64,000 nt of DNA from Amphiscolops sp. MND2022 (taxonomy: Eukaryota). Position 1 is the stretch's first letter, and each line of letters opens with the position of its first letter. The notes beneath the pieces are model-generated. The model was not told the DNA's origin, ran no database searches, and was given only the letters and a program-made list of their open reading frames with translations. Position numbers and translations under genes: made by a program. The stretch is from positions 62,496,001 through 62,560,000 of the forward strand of contig OZ076410.1 in NCBI GenBank assembly GCA_964187785.1, given 5' to 3'. Positions 48,088-60,649 of this stretch are shown piece after piece.

Positions 48088-51000
48088 TGTTCTATTCTAC
48101 CAAACTAATAACAAAGCAAAAAGAATCGGGATTAAAATGATATCTCTAGTACAGCTGACTGTATCGTAGATACTGTTCCGTATATAATGAAGGATCTAGT
48201 TTATAATGTGTTGAGTTTGTTTATCAACGACATCAGGCATTCCAGACAGCTTGTGAACCGAAGCTCGGTAGAAGTCAGGAACCGGAATGAACCGAATAAA
48301 ACATTTCCCCCCTTTCTTCTCCTCCTCCTTAATTTCGGTTCGATGTTCCTGGGGGAGTTACATCTCCGTGTAAGAAATCTGAGGGCTTTTGGATCGGTTC
48401 CGGTTGCAGCGTTCCTTTCTGGTCCACAAATTACCTGTAATTAAAACAATGTGTGTTTAACCATACTGTTTTAAGACTCAAAACTTTCTAGTGTAAGGTA
48501 TGCTACCGTATCTATTCGGTTTTTTAATATTTCGGTTTCATCGTCTTATATTTGTTTCTGAACTCTCACCAGATATCTCACCGTCGGTGTGGATTTGTAG
48601 TGCGTCCTTTTCCGGATTCGTCCGTATGGGCGCATATCTTCCGTCACGTTCGGATGTACCGTAAGTTTTCGCTGTTCCGGTTTCTTCTGGGATTTCTTCA
48701 TCGTCTTCTTCAACGTTGTCTTTGTCAGTTTAACTTTCTCTTGAGTTGCCGTTTTGGACGATCTTAAAATTTCCTTTCAATGTCACGAAGTATCTCTTCT
48801 CATATGCCGTTTTTGCCATCTAGGCCCCGCAAGGAGTATCTGTTCTTCGGATTTATCTCACCGCCTAGTGTTGGTAGCAAATCTCCTTTTGCGTTTCTTT
48901 CGGTCAAAATTACCATAATGTTGAGGTTGGTGATCTCTCCTTCCGCATCACAGCCCACATAAATTGCAATTTTTGGTCTGTTTGGTGCCGAAACAGCTAT
49001 TTCCGACCAGTTAGATAAATATTTTTTCTGTCATTAACGATATTCGTTAATTCGGTTCTCGGTTTTCTGCCGTGATACAGTTCAAGCGGTTTTATTTTTA
49101 GTCCCGCGTGTATCGTGAATTGCATTACTCGTAACGCTCGGGTCACAGTTTCTGTTAAATTTATTCCGTCTCCCAAATTCGCTTTTATTAGATTGTTTAA
49201 TGTTTGAATCGATCTTGCTATTACACTGTTTCCGGTGTGCATTCGGGATGTACAGTGCAATTTATTTCGAAATTTCGACTTTTGCAAAAGTGCCGGAACT
49301 CTTTGGAGTTGAATGCTCCCCCTTTGTCGGATTCGAATTTCGAATTTTATTCCGTACAGATTGAAGTTACTAGAAGAAAAATTTCTGATTTTTTTTGTTT
49401 CTAAAGTTTTGCAAATTTCTGCGGATGGCCATTTGCTGAATCTATTTACCGCAATGAGTATTTTTACTTTACCGTTTAGGTTTTTGTTAAGTAGTTTTCC
49501 GGTAAAATCATATTGTATTTCTCGACCGGGTTCGGATAGTTTTTCTATATTTCCATAATGTTAATTCGGTATTTGAGGTTTTTACCTGACGCTAGGCATG
49601 CTGTGCAATCCTTGACTTTGTTTTCGATATCCTGCTTCATGTCCGGCCACCAGAATATCTTCGCTACGGACGTCATTGTTGTAATACCGGAGTGACCCAT
49701 GTGTAAGATGTCCAGTAGACGCGGTCTGAGGCCCATGAAGCCGCATCTGATCAAGAGCTTACCGAAGACTGTTCGGTAGCCATTCGGAATGTATCTCTCT
49801 TCTGTCGGCGCATGCTGTTTCGCACTCGGGTTATTTGCGGATCAATTTCCGTTTTGGAAATTAATGTTTTCAGGTTCAAGTTGAACTCGAATTCAGCTTT
49901 TTGAATGTGGTCTTCAGTCACTCTCTTGTTTGTGTTTAGCTTTCAGTGAGAATTTATTTGTATGTTTTTCGGTTCTTTCCCGTCACATTGTATTTTATTA
50001 GATCCAAAATTGGTAGGTTATTGCCCCGCATGATGCCACTCGGCCAGCTCTTGCTCAATTTCTTCTGATTCCCGTGTTTATTGCTGTTCTTATTCTACTA
50101 TTACTATCGGTTGATTTCGGCCTACCTATCTATTTGCTCGCCGGATCAATTCTGCATCAATCTCGGCAATATCCTCTCTGCTTCTTTTATTCGGTCGGGA
50201 AGTGTCAAAAACAGTTTTTTGGGATTGATGGTCGTACCGGCGTCTCAGTGTTCCCAGTCGGGGTAGTGACTTTCGCTGTTCCATCAATGTTCTTGTCTCG
50301 GGACTGTTGTTTTGTCTTCTTGTCCATTATTTCTCGGGTGGTTCGCCAATTGTATAAATTCTCGGTCCATTTACTCGTGATCGTTATCTTTTGACGGTTG
50401 ACTATCTTCCAGAGTGCTAATAACGGACTGTCCGGATGGTGTTGTTTCGCTTTGTCCAATTGCGTTCACGTGGTTTTCGTTCTCGAACGTTCAATCCGGT
50501 TCTGATTGGTCTTTTTTGCTCACTTTTGCTTTTGGAATCACTCTTCGTTCTAGCAGTAATGGTTTGCTGCGTTCTCATTTGTCCGCGAATAGTTGTCCGT
50601 ATTTCAAGTTTAATTCGGCTTGCTCGGCAAGTATGTTGATTACGTATTCTTCATCGTACGTTGCTTCCGGCATGGGTCCCCGTGCCGGATTTCTGCTGAG
50701 ATAAACGGTAAATTTAAAATTGCTGCCTGCAATATGTTGTATTGATATATCAATGTTAGTTAAGCGGTCCAACCATCTTGTTAATCTCGCGCTGTATTGT
50801 TTGTTACTTCGGTTTCTTTGGAAGAATGGTTCTAATGCTTGGTGGTCTGTATACAGGGGGATTTTCTTTCCATAAAGATAGAATCGGAATTTGTCTAATC
50901 ATCAGACCTCCGCAGCAATTCTCATTCACCGATTGAATATATCCTTTCGATTTCATTCAGTTTACCACTTCCGTAATCTTGCTATATTTTTCATTTCCGT

Positions 51001-52803
51001 CATCATGTTGCATTTGCCGTAACATGCTTCCAATCCGGTTGTGCTAGCGTCGGTCATTACTGTGTTATCTTTGTCTTTTGCGTAGGTAGTGTGTGCTAAG
51101 CATGGACTTTCGGTCAACGTTTGTTTCATCTTTCGTCCACATTTGGACATTCGTCCACGTCTTCTACTTTTTCTAGGTGTCCGGTTTTTCCATTTTCTTT
51201 CCCATCTTCCTGTAGGTGTAGTGGTGCCGATTGGGAGGTTGTTCTACCGGAAAATGTCCTGTTTTCATGAAAATTTTTATTTCGGCTTCTATTATTGTCC
51301 CATTGTTTCAAATCAGTCCGTGACTTTGTTTATAAACTTCTTCTTTTCTGACTGGTTGTTTTGTTTTGACAATAGAATGTTTTCATTCAGTCCATTCCGA
51401 GCAGTGATGTTATGTGCGTTCTTTCGGTAAGTAATATTTCCCTTTTTTGTTTATGTTTTCCGTATTCCACATTTACAGGTTTTCCCCGGAATTTTACTTC
51501 GTTCTTGATCACATCTTGGTATCCATTTGATATCTTCTGTATCCCGGCAGATTCTAGTGTTCTTTCATCCGGTGTCATTATTGGTATTGAAGTTCCGGTA
51601 TCTATTATGATTCTTTCTTCGTTCCGTTCAGTTTTACTGTTGCGGTGTAATATTTCTTCCTTTCTCCTATTGCTTTTAATTCTTTCATGTGATGTATGCG
51701 GTCGTCTGTTTCACTTGATGACTCTTCCAGTTATTGTATTTCTTCTTCGGTTAATCTTTTGCTTTGCCTCTAATGCTGAGCATTTATGTATAGGTGACCA
51801 ATTTGGCGCGTTGTAAAATCTACACGGTCAGATTCCGAATGTTTTTCGGTTTTGTTCCGAATTATTCCAATCTCTGTATCGGTTCTTCTTTTGTTATCGT
51901 TTTTTTTTCGGTTGAAATTAGTGCTTCCGGTATTGTTCTTTTTGTTTTCTTCTCGTAAGTTTTTTGTTTAATTAGCTCGATTGTTTTCTTCAATTCTAGA
52001 GATTTCTCTTTCATCAATATGTCCTGTAGTTTTTTGTCGGTTATTGCTGTCATATACTTTGAGATCAGTAGTTCTTCGGCTGAGATGGTGGTAAAATTGC
52101 ATTATCTTTCGATCTCATTTAGTCGTCTCCAAAAGTCTTCGGGTGTCTCTTCTTTTGATTGTTTTGCCCAAAAAAAATCTCCTTGTTTGTTGCAGTTATT
52201 TCGTTTCCGTAGATAGTATTCGGTATATACCCGGATTATATCTTTGATTTTTATACTATCCGGTTCTGTCTTGTATTCTGCTCGGGTTATCATAAAGATT
52301 GCTTCTGGCCCTAGGGCCTACTCCCCAGATGAAATCATCTTGAGTTGCTTGCTCTTTTCTGGTCCATCCGGAGCCCGTTATGTCTTCACCTTTCAACAGG
52401 GGTGTGATATCGATTTTGTGTTCCCGTTGCGTGAATTGTTTGAATCTTTCTAACCTCTGCCTCGGCGCAAATACCAGATTTCCATCTCTGTGGCTTTGGC
52501 TTCCAGGGTCGGTCCTGTGGTTTTTTCTGCCATAGTTCTAGTTTTCTACGAAGGTTGCAAATTGTTTTAAAATTGGCTGACTGCGCCGTGTTCTATTTTA
52601 ACAAACTAATAGTAAGGCAAAATGAGTTGGGAATAAAATGATAGGTCTAGTTCAGCTAACTGTATCGTAGATACTTCTCTGTATACATCGAAGTGTCTAA
52701 TTTAGTATGTATTGAGTTTGTTCATCAACAACATAAAGTTTTCTAGACAGTTTGTGAGCGAAACTCGGTAGAGGTCAGGAACCGGAATCAACGAAATATA
52801 ACA
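48088..52803 (-). mobile_element. Two-LTR Gypsy element, degenerate, RT deleted; LTRs 48088-48303 and 52589-52803; TSD GTCAG
   Basis: gtcag|TGTTCTATT...AACA|gtcag. PPT gaaaggggggaaa is next to the left LTR and PBS-like cggcgcagtc is next to the right LTR. gag FFWAKQSKEETPEDFWRRL; RH CLAHTTYAKDKDNTVMTDASTTGL; IN LHMGHSGITTMTSVAKIFWWPDM and PLELYHGRKPRT. Confidence 0.93.
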
Positions 52804-53045
52804 GTCAGTACGGGAAGTTAATATTTCACTCTTTTTCAATGATGCCAGCGAAGTTTTTTAAACTTTCCTAGAAAAATCAAAAGGTTTTTGAAAAAGCGAA
52901 GAAATGCCTAACATTTAACATGATTTTCGTGAGAAACGGCTATTTAGTTTAAAAGCTTCGCCATCAATTATGTTTATCTGCAGACATCCTGCACAAGTCT
53001 CAGCCAACTTTTTTGACTTCGCTTCATTTTGTTGAACAATTAACT

Positions 53046-53769
53046 ATGTATGAACAAGTGTGGAACGCTTACCATTTCTCTGTGAGAGCAAATCCAGCAC
53101 TGACATTAGCTTATTTACAAGCTGTGGATGCTTCAGCTGAAATTTTCAGACTTTTTGGTGAAAAAATTCATCATAGAGTTTCTGGCTGAATTTTCGCATG
53201 CCATTTCTTCTCACTGTGTTTTCTTCAGCTTTGGAACGCTTTGTATGCTTTGGCGTCGAAAAGTTACCTCCTAGTTATAAATTTTGCTATTTTGTGCATT
53301 ACAAATATTATTGCAGCCTCCCTGGAATAGAATAATCTTTAAAAATTTATTAGAAGCTTCAATTGGAAAAACTTCTAACGCATATAAATTTCATTGAACT
53401 AATGAACCAAGAAGCTGAAGAATCAATCATTCTGAAGTATAAACAAGTTTGTTATTTTTTTTTTAAAAAAATCGATCTGTCAGCTTTTTTTCAAAAACTG
53501 GTTACATTAATGGTTTCCATTATTTAATTAATTTGCCTCTGCAGTGGTGATGCACAAAGTTTTGACATTGCTGCAATTTTTGGCACCATTTTTTTGTGTT
53601 TATTATTCGTTACATTCTCAATCCATTTTTAATAGGTTTGTATTATCTTTTAAAATTCTGCGTAGGTGAAACTAGGAAATACAAAAACAAAGTTCAAAAC
53701 CTCACGGCCAGCGAAAACAGCGAATTCATTTATGAAATCCTGCAAGGCTGGGTACACATATGCAAGAAC
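53046..53769 (+). CDS. Two candidate spliced exons (53046-53157 and 53666-53769), product unknown
   Basis: ATG at 53046, phase-1 donor TTTG|gtgaaa, acceptor tctgcgtag|GT, donor AAC|gtaagg. The joined peptide is MYEQVWNAYHFSVRANPALTLAYLQAVDASAEIFRLFGETRKYKNKVQNLTASENSEFIYEILQGWVHICKN. Phases are compatible, but no homology was recognised. Confidence 0.3.
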
Positions 53770-55077
53770 GTAAGGAGTAGATAAGGACGAATTGGGATTA
53801 TTTGCATTTCTGAGGTTGTTCATGAATTGTTCTGAGATTGTTCTCATCATTGTTCGAAAACTGTCGACACTTAGCTGAAAATTTTCAGTCCTGATGTTTT
53901 TGAGCTTTATTTGGGCTTGTATTATATTTAGCTGTATTTCTCAATCTTGAAAACCACAAAGGTATTTTTGTTCCCCGCTGCTTACTCTGTAAACGCCTTT
54001 ATTCAGTGTGAATTTTTTTCCGATACAGGAAGTTCGTATCAATTGAAGCAAGATTTCTGTATGAACAAAAAACTTTCCACAATTTTTGATCAAATTTAAT
54101 GTGGAGAGACATTTGAATGGACCCAAATTCGAAAAAAAAAACATGGATTCCAAAAGTAAGGGTAAACTGTTCAAGTCTAATCTGGGGAAAATTAAATATC
54201 TGAAAAAGAAAATAAAAAGGGATAGACCTTTGATTTTTGGATAGGGGGCCAAAAAGGCCCTTGTAGGATGTGTATGTACATCACGTTGAAAAGATTGTCA
54301 AAGCAATTTTCGTGTTCATATTTTTTAACTGAAGATGTTAGGACAGTAATACAATTCTCTAAAGATGGAAGAATTTAAAGACTTCCCCTTACTGGCATCA
54401 TACTGTGTTTGCTCACTGTTCCAAAATTAATCCAATTACTGTCGCTTTTTAGTCGGCGCTTTTTGTAAGACCACAGACCAACTTTCTTCTTTTCGTTCTC
54501 AATTAAAGAAACGCATTTTCAAAGCATCAAAGGCTGTCTTTAAGTATTTTGGCACTATTTGTGAGATTTTACTTGAAAAACCGAGCTAATTTAAAAAACT
54601 TTTGACACTTAAGCTGGGCAACTCGAAACATTCCCGTCTTTTTTTGAGAAGTTGCCGTGTTTATGGAATTGAGGCGTCGATTAAGCCAATAAATTTTGTT
54701 GTTTCAAAAAATTTACCTGAAATTATGGGTCATCGATGATCTTGGGGTTTATGGAGGGTTCTAGCAGTCGGTTACAGACTTTTAAAACAGCTGTAGAACT
54801 TTAATCGCCTAGAACGTAAGATACGCGTAACTAAGTAGAAACCGAAGAATTGGAAAAAAAATTGATAACTTTATATAATGGCAGCTTCACTGACAATATA
54901 CGAGGCAGGAGTTTCTTTAATAAATCTTACATTTGTTCAATATTCACCATTTTTAAGGAAGACAACATTTATTGGCCTAAAACTAAAGTCCATAAAAGCA
55001 TTAAGATTGGAGGAAAAAATCTGGGACTTTATAAATTAGAGGACCTGGAAATTAGGGGACATCGATGATCTTGGGGT

Positions 55078-55208
55078 TTTTGGAGGGTTCCAGCAGTCGG
55101 TTACAGACTTTTAAAACAGTAATAAAGCCAAGAATGAAAATACTAGTTTTCCTATAGGCTTTATTACTGTTTTAAAAGTCTGTAACCGACTGCTGGAACC
55201 CTCCAAAA
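55078..55208. repeat. Perfect 52-bp inverted repeat with 27-nt spacer
   Basis: 55078-55129 is the exact reverse complement of 55157-55208. A slightly diverged direct copy of the left arm lies at ~54731-54790. Confidence 0.95.
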
Positions 55209-56677
55209 TCAGGTCCCTGATTGGAAAGCCAACGCAGTCAAATGTTTAAATTTTTCGCGTTCCATTTAAACGCGTTCCATTAAGGATTCTTGATACAGTG
55301 TTTACAAATTTTGCAAGTCTTTCAGAGTGCTTTGAATATTTCCAGCTCTCATATGCTGGATATCCAGAATCTCTGTATTATACGCAGTAGCTTTGCGGTC
55401 ACTATGTTATGAAGTTCTCAAAGTTATTATTTTCCGCCTATATTTCCATATGGCAACGGAAAACAACTAACTGAGCTGCGTTATTTTTTTCCAAAAATGC
55501 CAAGATCCAATAGCATACAGAAGAAGACTGCAACTGGCAATAACATAGTTTCTTAGTTTCGTGCGTTTTGTGTTTGTAGATTTGTTGAGTTTCACGGTCA
55601 CAATTTTCCAAAAATATTTATTTTCCAATCTTGTTTTCTCAATTATAGTGCTTCGAAATGAAGTTAAAGTTTGTCCATTTTAAGGCATTTTAAAACAGAT
55701 TTCGAACATTTTGAAAAACTAAAACATCATAACATCAACGTACCAGCTAGCTTGGAAGAGCAATCTGATTTTTTTTAGGAGAAAAAGCAAGACGGGAACG
55801 TCTCAAGTTTGCGCTATACATAAGGCTCAAAAAGCGCAAACTTTTGAAAATACGATCAGAATGTTTCTCATGAAAAACTCACAAAAAAGTTTAGAAACAC
55901 TCAAAGGGTGCCTTTAGTGCTAGGAGAATGCTTCAGAAGTTCGGAGATAGCGTGCTGAGACAAAATGCGAGCGACGAGCAATTGGAAGTTCTTTGATAAA
56001 AAGAGCCCCGAAATGACTCGAAAAAAGACAAAACAGTATGTCGCATTTTCGTTCATTTTTTGAATTTTAGTGTATTAGAAAATCCCGAGAATTCCACGAT
56101 GACTCCATACGCTGTCCAACATGCTTTTTAGAAACAAACGTTGATACTGTTTTTCATCAAACGCAATGATTCCCCCCAAAAATTGAAAAATTTCCATATT
56201 TCGACCGTTTCAAGCTATTTTTTTGGGGGTGAACATCTACATACTTCATAACAACCAACTTAGGGCCCTTTGACTAGAGAAATCAGCGGTTTATTTTCAA
56301 AAAGTCTGGTTCGAAGAAATAATTAGAAACAAAATGAGTATCTATGAGGCATACTCATGAAAAATAGAAATGTATAAAAGGCCTCATGTTTTTCGGATTT
56401 TTCAAAGAACTTTTCAGTGGACATTTTTTTTGAAAAGTTTGAAACAGTTTCGTAGGTCTTAGTATCCAGTGAGTTCAACGACGAACAAAACAACTAGCGA
56501 CTTCGTTTCCAGAACCCGGGTCTCCCGACCAGGCCGATCACAATCTGACCATATTATGGCACCATACAAATCATACAAATTTCCTTACTATGATCTTGCC
56601 ATGATCGGGCCTGGAATCAATTTTGGCAGCTTTTGCTGAATTATTGGTAATTTTTCTCGAAATAACCAAAAATCACA

Positions 56678-57065
56678 CTGCAAAGTGGGTGCTGCTATAA
56701 CAAAAGAGTTAGTTATTAACTAAGGAGTGGCTGAGAACAAATTGAGTGACTATAGTTTGTCTTTAACTCCGCTTAGAGTGCGGAGTCCAGAGTATGATCA
56801 GCTTGGAATCATAATTTTTTCCAAACGCGGGTTGACGTGACATGCAACCCAAACAAAAATTTTCAAATATTGAGAAGAGCCAGCTTTATAGGCTTAAGGC
56901 AATAAAGCCACATTTGATCTTTTGTATCTGCGAACAATACATGGCAAGTCAGAACCCCGTTAAGCTCAAAGCGGAGTTGAAGACAAACTATTGTCACTCA
57001 ATTTGTTCTCAGCCACTCCTTAGTTAATAACTAACTCTTTTGTTATAGCAGCACCCACTTTGCAG
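56678..57065. repeat. 95-bp inverted repeat (2 mismatches) around a ~200-bp spacer; MITE-like
   Basis: ctgcaaagtgggtgctgctataacaaaagagttag...aactccgc (56678-56772) vs gcggagtt...gcacccactttgcag (56971-57065). Confidence 0.9.
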
Positions 57066-57199
57066 CTGCCAAAAATTGAATATTGCTACCTTGTTTTCAA
57101 TTTATTGATTGTATTGGACCTTTTGTTGAGGAATATCTTGTAATTTCATCAGTGTATGCGTTAATTGACTACATTATCCTAATTTTCTTTTTATGGTTC

Positions 57200-57400
57200 C
57201 AGGTTGACCATAGACTGAAACATATATGATCCAGTATATGGTCAGGCTGGGAACATAAACTTTGCTTTTTTATGGAACATGGCGTATCATGGACTGGGCC
57301 ATTTATGTCCAGAGTATGGTCAGCCTGGAACCATAAACCTATATGGTCCAGAGTATGATCAGCCTGGAATCATACTGTGTGTATGATGGCAGAGTATGAT
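57200..57400. repeat. Degenerate minisatellite
   Basis: Recurrent (g)tccagagtatg(a/g)tcagcctggaa.cata units, with a further copy at ~56785. Confidence 0.65.
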
Positions 57401-58810
57401 TGACCTGTTTTTGTATGGGAGGGAAACCCGGGAAGCTTGAAGTTTGTTTTTTCCATGAAAGGCTCCAAAAGTCCACAAACATGAACTTTTCTCGATGTTC
57501 AACCGTGAAAAACAAAACTTGCACATTTTTTGAACTTTACGAGGTCTCAATCACAGCGTTCCAAGACGTAATAATTGCGTCTCTAGGATCTCTCAAATTT
57601 TGAAAGAAGACATTAACTGCTTTCAACATGTCCAACTGAGAACTCAAAATGTCCATTTTTGAACGTGTCTCGCTTTTTCTGATGATTTCGCTGTTTTGAA
57701 CTATTTATATCCATGGAGTTCAATAATAAACAGTTAGGTTATTCAATACTTTTCCTGAAGACAAATTCAATCAGTGTTTTCCACAGCAAGGCGGCGTGAA
57801 ATGAATTGGATGGTTTAGAAGTTTTTACACTAGCAACAACGTTGACCAGAGGAAAAATGATTGTATCGCAAGAGAGAAATGTCACAGGCTGTCGCCTGCG
57901 ACGGGAATTGTTATCAAATTCCGCAATAACACTCCGAAAATAACTTTCTGCCAAGAATTCTACGCATTTAAACGGTAGAGATTTGTAGTACACTCGGCTA
58001 CATGCGAATTTGTCCCCATTGGGGTTATTTCCTTTTTTAATCGTGCGGACCTTCCGTCTGTACGGCTACGGTGAAAATAGTATCTTTTAACTCACGGAGG
58101 TACATCGTATTAGTATATAATCAATTCTGTGCCTGTTTTATCAGTGAAATACTGTTGATCAATGAAGAATTGAATGCAATTAGAATGAAAATGAAAAGTT
58201 TGCTGTATTATAATGAATCAAAACCTTGCAATAGAATGAAGGGTAACGCGTTGAAGTGGTTCAATATTATAGCTAAATGTACGCGCTGTCCCAAGTGCAA
58301 TCATACAATCGGGACTCAGCTCAATATTGCTTTCTGTCGTTTTCTGTCCATCACGGTGAAATTAGACGCCTATTGTTTGCTTTCATACTAGAGTACGTGA
58401 AGTGCTGTTATTATTCAAAACAAACGTGTAAATAGTAAATATGAATCGTTCATGTAAATTTTAGACCATTAGGACTAAATACTTTTTATGCCGCAATTCC
58501 TTTTGATGCTATTTATAGTATTTATATCTCCATGACGTAATGTTGATGTCACCCAACTGGGGTTTATTCTGTAAAACCCTAGTGATTATTTTTAGTGACA
58601 TGACAAGTATAATTTTGATTGCCATCGTCTGCCAAGTACATATTGGGGAAACCGGTTATCCCATGGACACAGCCTCTTCCGAATTAGAGACTGACAATTT
58701 GATTTCTATCAATTAATATATTAGTTGCAAATAAAATTTTTATTTCTTACATAATTGTAATTTGACGCTTTCTCGGAACTGTTGAATAAGAAGAGCAAAC
58801 ACCTTTCTAA

Positions 58811-59330
58811 ATGCCTTGAACTAGAATGCAAAAGGCTAAGGGGAAGGGTTCTATACAATCAGACGTAATGTTTGAAATAGAAATTGTTCATATTATGTTG
58901 GAAAGTTATTCTAGAAACGAGTTAGATAGTCAGTTGTATGAAGACTTAGAGTCTGATGAACTCCATAGAAATAACAACCCAAACAGGTCTTTACTGGATA
59001 CAAACAGTAAAGAAATTAGTTGAGTAACTACTGAAACTGCTAGGGTGTAATTACTACCCAGAATACGAGAAAACTAGATGAGATCAGATTTGACTTAAAT
59101 TCTCAGTTATTAGACGCGTTAAACACTGCAATTGCTGAAAAAATGCTTCCAACCCTTCAGAGTACGCCGGGAAAGTAGAAAAAGGGAAATTTCACCGTAG
59201 CGAAATTGGAATCGCTCGGGAAATGACATCAGATCGCCCTAGAACTGAGTTTAAATCGGGTAATCGGATTCACACAAAAAGAGACGACTCAATAGAGTCC
59301 CAAATGAGTAAATTACGACAATATCCTCAC
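58811..59330 (+). pseudogene. Degenerate transposon ORF remnant related to 8800-9363
   Basis: MP*TRMQKAKGKGSIQSDVMFEIEIVHIMLESYSRNE ... DEIRFDLNSQLLDALNTAIAEKMLPTLQ. Confidence 0.45.
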
Positions 59331-59656
59331 GTGGAGTTAATGAAGAGGAGAATATGACCTGGTAAGAGATTTGATCAGGGGTATTACAGCGGTTTTGTCT
59401 GATGATTTTCTTGGGAGAATACTTTTCTTGGCCACAATATTTTCTTGGCCAAAATTTATTTCTTATCTTACCACATGAACAAATTCTTTGTTCACCCTTG
59501 CTTTCGTCGATACAATAATTTTGTCTATTTTTTAAAACACTTCTATAATGTACTTCTTGTAAAGATGAAACCTGTTGTCACACAATCGAAGTGATCGTAA
59601 TTTTTTTCTATTTCATTCTTTGTTTGAATATCTCAATCAATTTGATTATTTTGAAG

Positions 59657-59847
59657 GGAACTTCGTGGCCATGTGGATACTGACAAAGATGGTCAAGAGT
59701 TCGAGCACGCCGACCAACTACTGCATGTTGAACTTGAGTATTGCAGACTGGGTGTTCAGCACTCTGGTGGTGCCAGTCATCGCACAGACTCTCTGCTACC
59801 CCCAGATGTCCCCGTGGAAACTCATCAATTCCAACATACTATGCAAG
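59657..59847 (+). CDS. Internal exon of a class A (rhodopsin-like) GPCR covering TM1 end, ICL1, TM2, ECL1 and TM3 start
   Basis: Acceptor ttattttgaag|GG, donor TGCAAG|gtgata. Peptide GNFVAMWILTKMVKSSSTPTNYCMLNLSIADWVFSTLVVPVIAQTLCYPQMSPWKLINSNILCK contains the TM1 GN, TPTNY, TM2 NLxxAD, TM2 Pro, ECL1 Trp and TM3 Cys. Confidence 0.8.
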
Positions 59848-60649
59848 GTGATATTTACTTTGAATCAAAAACATTGGATGAAAGTCATGAAAAGATGCAA
59901 TGTTCTGATGTCAACTTTAAGCCTAAAATAGGTCTAAACCGGGAATTTGGGAAAGTTTTAAGCAGAACTTTTATTCGCAGAAATAACTTTATTTGATCTT
60001 CAAGATTCCTTCATTTAAAGCTGTTTCAGGTTTGAGACCAATTGCTTATTTAATTCGAATTAGTAACTGTGTGATAATAATTGCGAGCCATAACAACATA
60101 AAAGGTTCTTTCAGCATTTGGGTCACAAACCTGCTGTTTCATTCGGTAACGAATTTCAGAAGCAGTTTTTCCGCAATCATAAGACAAAGGAGGTTACACC
60201 GAGATCTCCAGTTAGCCAGCCTGGTCCCTAGTAGTACGAGGTAGAATATGCGTAGTCAGGTTGGGATTGCTGTGCGGAGTCGAAATATAGGATGGAAAAG
60301 TTTGCAAAATTTTTTATGATCGAATTGTGACTTGATTTTATCTAAGATTGAAGAAGGTGATAACATCCCTAATGATGCACCATACATATAAGGCCCTAAA
60401 TGCAGGAGCTAAGCGAAGCTACGTGTCACTACTTGACCAGCGTCAGGTTATAACACGAAGTCCGGCCAGGAGGCACACAAAGCACCCCGGAAGAAGGAAG
60501 GGTGAGTCATCCAACCCGTTTTGGTTAATAAAATTATGTTGAAATTATCGTTTTCGATCCTACATTGTTCGATTCAGGATATAGTTAGACTCTAGATAAT
60601 TGTGTAACAATTTTTGATTATAAATAATACAACTCTGAGGAGGTGATTG

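Noticed and set aside
58555-58715. GLFCKTLVIIFSDMTSIILIAIVCQ as a GPCR TM3 exon
   Set aside because: It lies upstream of the TM2 exon, the spacing is wrong, and there is no DRY-like motif.
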